From Octopus sinensis (taxonomy: Eukaryota), in assembly GCF_006345805.1 (NCBI RefSeq), contig NC_043001.1, forward strand, positions 52,018,001 to 52,082,000: a stretch of 64,000 bases of DNA. The letters are read 5' to 3'. The notes under the pieces were generated by a model that saw nothing but the letters and a program-made list of their open reading frames with translations, searched no databases and had not been told where the DNA came from. Each line of letters starts with the position of its first letter. Position 1 is the first letter of the stretch. Shown piece after piece: positions 53,050-64,000 of this stretch. Position numbers and translations under genes: made by a program.

Positions 53050-54047
53050 AAAATTCTCATACTGCCAATGGAAATGAGTATGTAGTATTTTTTTTTTATT
53101 AAAGTCTCAGATTCTTTCGATACAAAATCGATTAAAAATTTTAAAATAAATAAACTGTATCTTTAAAATGGATCAAAATCAGAGACTACTTACACCTTCA
53201 AAAAGCGGGTATAAACATCAAAATTATGATCTTAACTCGAAGAACAGTATATGATTAATCGTTCCCTTTGGTAAACAGGTCAATTACAATTCTTCTAAAT
53301 TGTTTAATATAGCAATTTAAAAATATTTTCCAAGAAACCATAGATATTACAAAATTTTTCATCGCCATAAGATTAGATTGGGTTATTGTCTTAGTCGAAA
53401 TATAGTACAAATTATAGCAACACATAATATTGAAATAATATAGAAATTTCAAAAGAGCGATTACACTCAGGATAGCGTAATAAATTCGAAGAATAATAAC
53501 GTCAAACGGAAAAAAAAATACTTAAATAGAAGGGACACTAAGAAATTAAACGTCGTGGAAAGGGAAACAACCCAATTTAACATAAATATTAACGTCTAAT
53601 CGAATGAATTTCAGCTAGAAATAGGACAAAGATAAAGCGATCTAAGGAGTAAATAGTAATGGAGAACTTGGTGGAAATGAATTTAATTCTACAAGCAAAG
53701 GTTAAGTTAAAACTAAATCTGACGGAAATATGAAACGCTATCTTTGAAATTGTTCTAAACAGGAATCCTGTTATGTGAAAAATAAGTATAAAACTAAAAA
53801 TGTAATATATAGATATACAGTTACATCTGAGGATAAATAATTCCTTTACATCATTAATTTTCAAGAGGAGACTAATAAGTCATTTGAGTTCATTTAAGGA
53901 CAAAAATAAAAGGTTGCAAACGAGTCTAAGCAAATTATTATGGTCTTTGAAGGAGGGTAATATTGACTATACGATTAAATAGGAATTAATTTGTAATGCA
54001 AAAGAATACAGGTCTGAAACCAATCGCTGTGACCTCTGTTTAGAAGA
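53050..54047 (+). mobile_element. Penelope-like element remnant (linker plus GIY-YIG), possibly Naiad-type
   Basis: SKSGYKH, KYFPRNHR..KIFHRHKIRLGYC, NLVEMNLILQAKV, KRYL and TSLSKLLWSLKEGNIDYTIK*ELICNAKEYRSETNRCDLCLEE. Confidence 0.7.
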
Positions 54048-54099
54048 ATTTTATAGGATTTCACATCCAAGGGTAATATATTCTAGACAGGAGCAAGCA

Positions 54100-54744
54100 T
54101 TGAGATGCTTGTACATGAGGTCTTGTGCAGCAAAGATCAGGCTTTCGGTGGTGCGCTTCAAATCACCTCGCTCAAGCCAATCCCACGACGCTGTATTATC
54201 TTTAACGTCCTTTGTCTTCCTTTCTAACTGTCCATGCATTCTCATTTCAAGGTCTTCTTTTGACTTCTCAGCTCTTTGGTTAAACTCTTCCTTGCCCATC
54301 ATGTCATCTGCATTAACACCCATATCTTTCGCGGCATATTGCAGCAGGTCTTCATCACTATTTATCAAATACTCGGCAAGCGTTCTCCTTTCTCTCCTAA
54401 TACAATGGTTTATTCTGACAATTCCCCTGCCAGCATTCTTTCTTTTCATATACAGTTTGCTTTAGGGTGTAGCGCCCCATGCAGCGTTATCAACTTTCTC
54501 TTCCTTCTATCCAGTGTTGATATTTCCTCCTTAGACTGTTTTGGTTAAGGAATCTATATTTTTCAGATTCCGCAAACAATTTCGAGTCATCTATAAACAG
54601 AAGATGGTTCAATGATGAACCTTTCTTCCCACATCGGTAACCCATCTTAACTTTTTTAAGTGTCATTGTTATGGGTATTAGTGCAATTACAAGTAGTAAC
54701 GGAGAAAACAAGACACCTTGGGAGATTCCCCTTTTTATATTAAC

Positions 54745-54745
<1 letters not shown>
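54100..54745 (-). mobile_element. R4/Dong-like copy D: RT4-5 joined to post-RT region, truncated at both ends
   Basis: KGISQGVLFSPLLLVIALIP, NHLLFIDDSKLF (ORF 54490..54711) and RKNAGRG...WDWLERGDLKRTTESLIFAAQD (ORF 54051..54449). The 5' junction abuts a TTA/TAA tract. Confidence 0.8.
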
Positions 54746-54824
<79 letters not shown>

Positions 54825-55606
54825 TAATAATAATAATAATAATAACGTCTACAAACTTAAAAAATATATTGATACACTGAATAAAGCAAGAATACTGCTT
54901 TACACTGATGGAATGGTAAGAGAATAGTTATAGGGACTTAAATACATTAGCGACTCTTAACATAATTCCAGACACCAAGTAGCTTTATTTCTCACTAGTC
55001 AGGTTGAAAAGTTCCAAATGTAAGGTTATTTTTAGTAACACTATACCATGTGCCTGACCAATTTTGGCTAGGCTAATACTCTGTTCAGATTGTATCTGAA
55101 ATATAGTTAAATGTTACCCTGGTGATGCAGCGCCGGTAATTAACACCAAGTTGCATAATTTGCAGAGTGCACCGGCTTGCAATGAAGTCATGTGTAGTTA
55201 CTGACAAAGAAAGATGAAATTGACTATATAATAAAACCAGGATATATAACTCTCTGATCTCTTGATATTCATTAATTTATTAATTCTTCTCTACCGACAC
55301 TATGCAGTTTCTATAAAGACACTTGAGGTAACCAAAGTGAGGATTTACCGAGTATGGTGAAGTCAACTAATTGGAGTTCATCTACATTCACCGAGGTTAG
55401 CCAGCATTGTTAACCGATAAGAGCAAGCACGGTACCCGCTAGGATTATAGATAACTTTAAACCAATTTGGGAAATATGCATATACACTTATCACCTATTT
55501 GTCTATCTTTGGTCGCATTGCTTACATAAACCTATTCTTATACGAAATGTATTAACCTTCAGTGCTGGCTCTAAATTCTTTAGAAAATCACTAGAGATAA
55601 CTTAAC

Positions 55607-55664
<58 letters not shown>

Positions 55665-55668
<4 letters not shown>

Positions 55669-56052
55669 TATATGAAATCTGTTCTGTCTGTGTGTGTATG
55701 TGTCTTCTAGGATCTCGAGCATCCTCCATCCGATTGTGCTCAAATTTGATAGGGAGATACCAACGGTATCAGGTCGTGTATAAGTCTTGAAAAAATTACA
55801 AAAATCGATTCCAGGTGAGAATGTGATCAATGAAGCCGTGGGAACGTGAATTTGTACGCGCAAGTACATCGGCCGTTGCGATCGATACTACGCGTACGCG
55901 AGAAATATGCACGTGCAGTTTGCGCAAAAAAGCCGGGAGGCTTGAAATAATGCCACAAAATGGGACGTTCGGACAAGTTGTTTTGAGAAAATTTGGTTTA
56001 AATGTTTGACAACTCAGCACCCTCCATTGGACGGGGGACATTTTGCTCGCAT
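55665..56052 (+). mobile_element. Non-autonomous Helitron-type element, degenerate ends
   Basis: TA-rich start, tctgtctgtgtg, ccgattgtgctcaaatttg, 3' hairpin ccctcc-att-ggacggggg and a CTAG-like ctcg. Confidence 0.5.
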
Positions 56053-56449
56053 ACATATATGTAAAATTAAAACGAGGGTGAAAAATTGGATATTGATTTG
56101 ATAACATCAATTTAATACCAGTACTTCTAGCATTAGGTTTTCCACATAGTGGTAATTCTTATATGTATGCAGTATATATATATATATGTGTGTGTGTATT
56201 GTTTAAAGCCGTAAGAACTTTATAAACTTTAGAGATAATATGAAAAAAGAAAACTCTTTTGGGGAATAATATATCACGAAGCTCACACACGCATGTAGCT
56301 ATAAATAATAACGTGTAAACTTTGGATTGGGAAACCCTTTTGGATAGACATTTCGAAGGCATTTTATTCTAAAAAAGAATATATCGTTGCTATTATGCAA
56401 AAATGTCGTAAGTCCAAAACGTTCATAATATCAATACTGGTGTAATTGT

Positions 56450-56585
56450 AAGCAAGCCGGCGAGGGATGCTTAGCGGCATTTCTTCCATCTTCACATTCA
56501 TTGCTCAAATTCCGCCGAGGTCGACTTAATCGACTTATCCCCCTTACCCAAAGCTGTTGACCGTGTGCCAGAATTTGAAACCGGT
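56450..56585 (+). mobile_element. Internally deleted tRNA-derived SINE (8293 family)
   Basis: gatgcttagcggcatttc...caaattccgccgaggtcgacttaatcgac. Confidence 0.65.
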
Positions 56586-57044
56586 TTATAATATACCAAG
56601 AACTCAAGACACAGAATATTATTGTGTGATCACAGCATATCCAGGTGGGACGACTCTCTTCTTCCATATACTCGTATATATTTATTTGATTTATTTTATA
56701 ATCAGGAGGAAAGAAAATGTTCATGAGTTTTTCCAGGGTTCCAAGAATGTTAGGAGGTAGCGAAGAAAGTATTCTCGAACTGCAGCTCTGGTTTGAACGA
56801 TTACGACAGCGGGGACCCAGCTAAAGGGATCTTGGTGTCAAGTAGTGGTGTCGGACTGGGGGACAGATTAAGTATGCCACACAAAATTAAGTCCACTTGT
56901 AATGTGTACCCGTCTAATGGATTCATTTATTCTCTATATGAAGAACCATTAGGTATTTCTCACGTATGTAAAATAGATCAGTAAATTATCTGTATTGAAC
57001 AGATGTGAAGCGTTCATAATATTGAGGTTAATTTACATTTTATA

Positions 57045-58316
57045 CGAGGGACGTTCAATAAGTAATGCCTCTGACCCACTTGCAGTTGTTTGATCTAGCT
57101 GAAATTTTGCATGTGCAATCATTTATATCTCTATAGAGTAAGTGGCAAATTACAGCTCTGATTTACAGGTGTTTGAACCGAGTTAAGTGTGAAATGGAGC
57201 CTGTTGAGTGTCGAGCAGTGATCCGGTTTTTGTATTTGAAAGGACGCACACCACGGGAGACTTTTGATGAAATGAAAGTAACTTATGGTGATGATGCCCC
57301 ATCATATGACCTTGCAAAACGCTGGCATCGTGAATTCAAACATGGTCGGAACTCTGTGGAAACAGCTCCCAGATCTGGTCGCCCCTTCTGCCATTGATGA
57401 GGCATCTGTCCGTCAAGTTGAGGCTGCCATTTTGGAAGATCGACACATAATTATTCGCCAAATAGCCCATGAGGTCAAGATTAGTACCGGGTCTGTGGAA
57501 ACTATCATTCATGACCATTTGCATATGCAAAAGGTGTCTGCCAGATGGATTCCCAGGTTGCTCACGCCTTTCCAGAAGCAAGAACGCGTCGAGTGCTCGA
57601 GGGTGAATTTGGAGATGTGCCAAGAAGATGAGTCAAAATCTTTCAAAAGACTGATTACACAGGATGAAACCTGGGTCCATCACGATGATCCAGAGACCAA
57701 AGCCCAGTCAATGCAGTGGAAGCACCGTGACTCATCCCCTCCAAAGAAGGCAAGGGTGCAGCCCTCCGCTGGCAAGGTCATGCTCACAGTCTTCTGGGAC
57801 CAGGACGGAGTAGTGATGACAGATTTCCTGGCAAAGGGTACCACAATTGCAGGAGCCTATCATGCTTCACTTTTGAGGAAATTAAGAGAAGTTATCAAAA
57901 TCAAGAGGCGGGGCAAGATCAGAAAAGGCATCCTCCTCCTGCAGGACAACGCTCCGGTCCACAACTCGCTTGTCGCCAGATCAGAAGCACAGGCGTATGG
58001 CTATGAACTCCTCCCCCATCCCCCTACTTTCCTGACCTTGCACCCTCTGATTTTCACCTCTTCCCACTCATGAAGTTGTTTTTGAAAGGAAAGCGTTTCC
58101 CAGATGATGCAGCCTTGATTTCTGAAGTCACGTTCAGGTTGGAGGACCAAGCTGGGGTCTTCTACAAAAACGGTCTCCAGAGCTGCATCAAACAATGGGA
58201 GAAATGCGTAACTCTGGGTGGTTCCTATGTAGAGAAAGACTAATAACTGTGCCAAGTTTCGTTGCTCTACTGCTATGGGAAGTGGGTCAGGGGCATTACT
58301 TATTGAACGCCCCTCG
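57045..58316 (+). mobile_element. Mariner DNA transposon, full length (1272 bp), TA-flanked
   Basis: ta|cgagggacgttcaataagtaatgcc ... ggcattacttattgaacgcccctcg|ta. Confidence 0.95.
57194..58243 (+). pseudogene. Mariner DD34D transposase pseudogene, two frameshifts (~57385, ~58025)
   Basis: MEPVECRAVIRFL, WIPRLLT, ITQDETW, QDNAPVH and YFPDLAPSDFHLF (34 residues between D and D); ends GGSYVEKD*. Confidence 0.9.
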
Positions 58317-59075
58317 TAAATAAAAAGAAAATGAATTTCAACAGATTCCATTAAGCTTTTCCGTGAATCTTATCAAGAATGAAGAATGCATATTAAATAA
58401 TTCAAAAACATTATGTTATTGAATGTTACGCGCTCGAATATTGTTGTCCATTATAGATGGCAACAATTTTCGTTTTAATTAACACAATACCTTTTTTTTC
58501 AAAACCGAAATAAATTTTTGTCAGATTTCTTCAAATATTCAATAAAGAAATCATCAAATTATACATGATTTAATAATACACTTAAATAACGAATCATTAT
58601 ATTATAAAAGACTGGAATTGTAAACCCGTTAATAAAAGTTTCAAATTTATCATCATTACACAATATTCTTAAACTATCCTCAATTTAGTAAAAGGCTGTT
58701 GTGTATCAATTTTCACATGTTACGTGTAATTTCAACTAGTACTGGTATAAAATAGCAAATCGGATTGCAACAAATGCAAACACTTTCTGAGGCTGAATAC
58801 TAGAGTGTTCAGAATACAAGCGTGTTCAGATTTTACCGTTACCTTCAGTTAAGATATAAAAGGATTGGAACTCATAAAATCATGCAGTACTTTCTCTATT
58901 TGCAGAGATTAGTGATATCTACATATGTTGTAAGTTATTAACAACCGTGGATAAGATGCATTTAATTTATTATTTTCGTAGCAATGCGATACAAGTCATC
59001 GATATTTTCGCTGTGGTTGAACATATTTATTGTTAGCTACAATGTTATGGTGATGATGAGTCTTATAACCTATAT

Positions 59076-59152
59076 GTAAATCCTGTGGTGTCCTGTCTGT
59101 TCTTGTTTGTTTCCCCTCTATTTTGCGCCCTTGTGGCTATAATAAAGAAAGA
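59076..59152 (+). mobile_element. 77 bp retro-insertion stub with an 18 bp target-site duplication
   Basis: gagtcttataacctatat at 59058-59075 and 59153-59170. The insert ends in aataaagaaaga. Confidence 0.65.
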
Positions 59153-59631
59153 GAGTCTTATAACCTATATCGGAGAAACTCCACTGAAGTCATTGTTCTA
59201 AGGAAATCTAGAAAAGGTTCATTCAAACTTGTAGGTAATATTTCCCCTTGTTATTCTGCTAAAAGGTTTAAAATTAGATGGAGTTAAACGCAAATTATTA
59301 ATGCCACCATCTGTGGTATCAGGGACAAGATATACTATTTTTAATCTAGATATCGCTGAAAGCAACATGTTATATTTAACTATTATACATGCTCATTTGA
59401 AAGTTAACATTATTGACTTTTCCTTTACATGGATTATATGAATGATATAATAATACCTTGGCTTAATATAGTTCTGTGTAATGTGACATATGAATGAAGT
59501 ATTTCAAATATGTGTGTGTGTGAGTGCGTGTGCATGCGTAAATGTGAATATGTGTGTAGAAATATATATATCTGCTTTTATATGAGTGTATACATATAAC
59601 GTACATTATATTAACATATTAATTCTCAAAA

Positions 59632-59765
59632 AGCGGTGATCTGGCACAATCGTTATTGCGCAGGAAACAAATGCTTAGCTGTATTTCCTCTGTCTTTTAC
59701 GTTCTGAGTTCAAATTCCGCCGAGGTCGACTTTGCCCCTCATCATTTTGGGGGTCGATAAAATAA
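59632..59765 (+). mobile_element. tRNA-derived SINE (8293 family), 3'-truncated
   Basis: ctggcacaatcgtt...gttctgagttcaaattccgccgaggtcgactttgcc. Confidence 0.8.
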
Positions 59766-60664
59766 TGTGAAACCAATATAATCTCATTTTCATAGAAATC
59801 AACTTTCATAATCGTTTGAAACCATGCCATTCAATCTTGAAAAGTTTTAACAAAATATAAAACAAGAGTAATTCTAACTTTTATGTTAGTTTTCACAATC
59901 GTAAAAGTGAAACGTAAGGAAAACGAGAAACTGACACACAAACGATGAAGTTATGTTTCTGTATAAGTAAAGAAAAAAAAAATCGACCAAAATCAGCAAC
60001 GTACTAAAATGAAACCGTATAAAGTGAAGGACAACTGTATTTACAGACATTCATTGATAATTGTAAATAGAAAAAGCATAGAATATAATTTAATAAATTC
60101 AAAGAGACTATACACAACATTTAAAATTGTTATGTTTTTCATCAAAGGAATTGCGTAGCTTAAAATTAGGAATCAATTTAGAACATAAAAAGAACGCTTT
60201 GAATATGATCAAAAAACAAAATGGAAAGCCTGAGATGCCCAATCTAAATTATACATATTTAACTGAAATTTACGAAAACTAATACATTGACTAGATTTAT
60301 ACTATATTTTAACACCACACTATGCATTTCTAAAAGTAGCGAATTAATGTTACTGAAAACAGAAAGAAGACATGGATGTGTGGATAAGAATTTCGCAAGG
60401 ACGTGGATCTAGGTTCAATTCCAAGTTGCAGCAACATTATGCAAGTGTTTTCTATTAGAGGAACCCATAACTGACAACGCTAGACTTCACAAAATGCAAT
60501 ATGAAATAAATCAACCTATTTTAGCCGTAACAAATCTAGAGTAAGGTATTTCTTACAGGTGGAATAATTTTAATATTGATTATACTGGCTATAGTAAATA
60601 TTCTAAAACAGAATACACTTAGCCTTTTCGGGGTCTCATAATTAGAGGTGAGGATTTTTCTTTT

Positions 60665-61020
60665 CTTCTTTCAGTCATTTTGCTACGACCATACCGGAGC
60701 ACCACCTTTTAGTCAAAGAAATTGACCCCAGGACTTAATCTTTGTATGCCTGGGAATTATTCTATCAGGGTATTTTGCCAAACCGCTAAGTTACAGGGAC
60801 GTAAACACACCAACATCATTTGTCAAACGACGGATGGGGGACAAACACAAAAACGAACATACACACACATATGTATGTTCGACAGGCTTCTTTCAGTTTC
60901 CGTTTGTTAAATACACTCACAAGGATTTGGTCTGCCCGAGGCTATAGTAGAAGATACCTGCCCAAGGTGCCACGCAGTGGGACTGAACCCGAAACCATGT
61001 GGTTGGGAAGCAAGCTTCTT
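60665..61020 (-). mobile_element. tRNA-derived SINE, third family, near full length with a CR1-like 3' tail
   Basis: Head matches 21292-21460. The 3' end ggtggtgctccggtatgg...tgactgaaag resembles the CR1 3' end. Confidence 0.8.
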
Positions 61021-61239
61021 TATTTAATGAAATTGTCTATAGAAGCCTTACTTAGATGGGACAAACAAGGACAGACAAACATAGAGGGTGAAAAAGTTGC
61101 TTACTACGAAGGAAAAAGTTTCGGATGATGATAAATAGATGTCATGCGGTTAAAAATTATGTATATATTAGTAAATTTCAAATTAAACATGATAATCATT
61201 GCACATTTTGCAATGTGTATAACTGAAGGAAAGGCATTC

Positions 61240-64000
61240 AACTGCCAATTTCGAACCTTTACTTTTCCCTGTGACCCCTCTTACCTGGTTCTAGTCATTC
61301 GCAGCATGTTCACTACTTGCTTCCATCTTTTGGCGAACATATTCTGTGACAGGTATCTCTTCACTAGCCTGATCTTACTATCGAGGCGGTAACTAAAGAA
61401 GTTAACCAACCCCTGGCCAGAGACGAAGGTAACTGTCACTATACCACTTACACGCATCTTACAAGTCTTCTTACAAGCCTTATTTTCCCTGTTAAGGGAG
61501 GGATACGGCGAAATCTTGATGATAGACTCAGCCGATAGCTGTACTCCTCCTATTGCTGACAATAGTTGCTCGACAAAAGCTATCAGTCTTAATAATTCCG
61601 GACACTCTACGAAGGCATGCAAGACAGTTTCTCTGTCCCGTATGAACCTCGTGCATGTCGGCGAGACGGCACTTCCGTACCTTGACAGCTTGTCTCAAAC
61701 AGACAAAGCCGAACGGTTGCACTGCTGAGCCACGGATTTCTGGTAATTATCCAGATACCCCGGCCCGAAAGTTCTGAACAGGTTGATCAACTGATTTCCA
61801 TCGAATACCAGGGCCTCACCCAGGACATCGTCTGACATAAATTCCACTAACCCGTTATAGAAATCCGCAGTGGAAATCCTGTTGCTGGTATCGTCCACCC
61901 GAGAGAGTAGCTGGAGTGCCTTACGGCACTTCTGTTGCCAATCACCCAGCTTAGGTCTTCGTTTGATCCATGGACCAATTAGGGTTAGGGTTAGGGACCA
62001 CAGTTGATGTCCATTAAGGACGTCAACTGCGGAAGTTAAAACCTTACGTGCAGTGACCACACCTGCTCCCCATCCAGGTAAAGCCACAGGTGACTCAACC
62101 TTAACGCGAATTTTCGTATCTTCAGCCAACCCTTTAGCGGTTTTTGGCAGCAGACAGAGCGCTTCACAAGTGACTTTCCTCTCTTCCACAAAAAGAGGAA
62201 AAAGATCCTTTCCAACTTGTTCAACCACAAATCGCGGCAAGGCACAACGGTCAGGCGGTAGGCGATGACAGATGCTATGAACATCTGCACCACATCCGCC
62301 TCCCATAGCAAGAATAACGCCCTCCCAGACCAGGTCTGGGTTAGTCACCTTGCTCGTGACCCCGTTCCAATTCTTCTCTATCTAGAGGTCTGGACCAAAC
62401 CAGACCCCTAGCAACATAACCGAGCCTTCCATCCAACGCCCTACGACGTTATTGGACGACATCGACTTGCCCCTCCAGGTGCCGAGTTGCAAGGCCACCG
62501 ACTTGTCCTTGTTAACCTTTGCTCCAGCTACCGCTTCGTATCCTTTGATGGCATTTTCCACATAAGGAAGCTGCCCTTATTCGGACACGATGATGGAGAT
62601 GTCATCTGCATACATGGTGGCTTCAATTCCACACCATAGATCATGCGGCACGCCCCCTAACGCCTCCAACTTCCGCAAGAATGGCTCAAGAGCCAATATA
62701 TACAAAAGTGGTGCCAGGGAACATTTAATCTTGAACGGCTTTGAAAAAACGTTCACTCGGACGATAGCAGTCCAACTGTGGAAAATCGGGCCCAACCTGG
62801 CCTCCCTGAGGACCACCACCAGCTACCGATGTTCGAGCCTATCAAATGCTTTAGACTGGTCTAAATGTACCAGTACACCACCTTTGCCAGAAATTTTCCC
62901 AACCCTCTCTAAAGAGTAGCGTATAAAATGGAGAGTGTCGCGAATTGACCTGCCCTGGATAGCACAAGAGTGCACCTCCCCGACAAATCTATCCACGACA
63001 CGCACAAACCTTTATGCCAACACCTTGGCCAAAATCTTTAACTTTAACAGAATTATGGGCCAAAAATTACTTATGATATCCCTCTTGCGCGGGTCCTTTC
63101 TGATCAACGTCACCACCCGCCGGCTGGCAGATCTGAGAATTCTCCCAGTCTGCTGCCAGTTAGCGTAGACGTTGGCCAGTAGGTGCTTGAACAAGACTGG
63201 CATACTTTTGTAAAACTCATTGGGTAGACCATCAAGAACTGGCGACCTGTCCACAGGGCACTCATATAGCAAGTCGATCACCTCCGCAGCTGTAATTGAC
63301 CCCTCACAGCACTCAGCCTCTCATGCCGAGAGACGCGGGCCACCAGACAGGAATCCCCGTAGGGCTTCACCATGGTCTAGTGTCCCGCCAATCTCGAATA
63401 ACACGGCGAAGCGCTTGTAAAGCGTCTCACACATCTCATCCTGTCCTTTGACCAAACATCCATTTTCTTCAATCAAAGGCCTAATTATGGCATCGCTGGG
63501 TCTCTACCGTACGGGCCCACCCGGCAACATTAATTCCCTCGCAGCCCAATGCACGTACTTCAGCCCGAACCCTGCATCCCTTATGTTTGACTTTGAGGTC
63601 ACGGTCGAAGGCCGTTCTCGCTGCCAAAATTTGGAATATAGAACCCAATCTCAACGCCTCTTCTAAAGCCTTAAGTAAATCCCCTTCTATCCTAGCCTTA
63701 TCTAAATTTAGCTGACAACAAAATCTAATGGACTCAAAACGTATGGCTCTTTTTAGGGCAAACCATCATCGATTATTCACCATGGTGCTGGTTAATGCCC
63801 TCCGGTTACGGTATGCCTCACAAGCCAAAATAGACTTTTCCAGCTTCCAGTAGCCGGATTCCTGTCTATAGGCACTATGTTCAGCCTACACTGACCATTT
63901 TATGGTCCGTGTAGGTGACTTGAACCTACTGTGGACAGCTATAGCTAGACGTAGCTCTAATCTTTATAACTATCTTGCCTAAGTAAAACTTGAGCTTCCT
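61240..64000 (-). mobile_element. Tx1/L1-clade LINE ORF2 remnant (APE end, RT, CCHC), continues past the window end
   Basis: GYWKLEKS (~63830-63860), SPVLDGLPNEFY, VHLDQSKAFDRLEH, PLLYILALEPFL, MYADDISI, LGVWFG and a C-terminal LHAFVECP knuckle. Confidence 0.85.

Overview
AT-rich eukaryotic non-coding DNA made mostly of decayed transposable elements and microsatellites ((TA)n, (CA)n, (ATT)n). The SINE set and microsatellite load suggest a coleoid cephalopod, probably Octopus; this is an inference from recalled repeat families, not a search. I can support no intact host gene, rRNA, tRNA gene or CRISPR array. Nearly all ORFs in the track are microsatellite translations, antisense shadows or broken TE ORFs. 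Retroelements: five R4/Dong-like RLE fragments (all minus strand, mostly abutting (TAA)n), CR1-, RTE- and Tx1/L1-type LINE remnants, three Penelope-like (GIY-YIG) remnants and many tRNA-derived SINEs. DNA elements: one complete-ended Tc1 (DD34E), one complete-ended mariner (DD34D), two hAT remnants and several non-autonomous Helitron-type elements. Most notable: (1) two unrelated ~450-490 bp near-perfect foldbacks, each carrying a divergent pair of type I hammerhead ribozyme motifs and set between (TA)n tracts, plus three further decayed hammerheads; (2) an extra inverted Tc1 right end that forms a potential composite transposon; (3) a (TAA)n landing-pad cluster shared by R4/Dong elements and a ~550 bp non-coding element; (4) Helitron insertions whose empty A|T sites can be rebuilt from the window itself. 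All coordinates, translations and alignments were read by eye.
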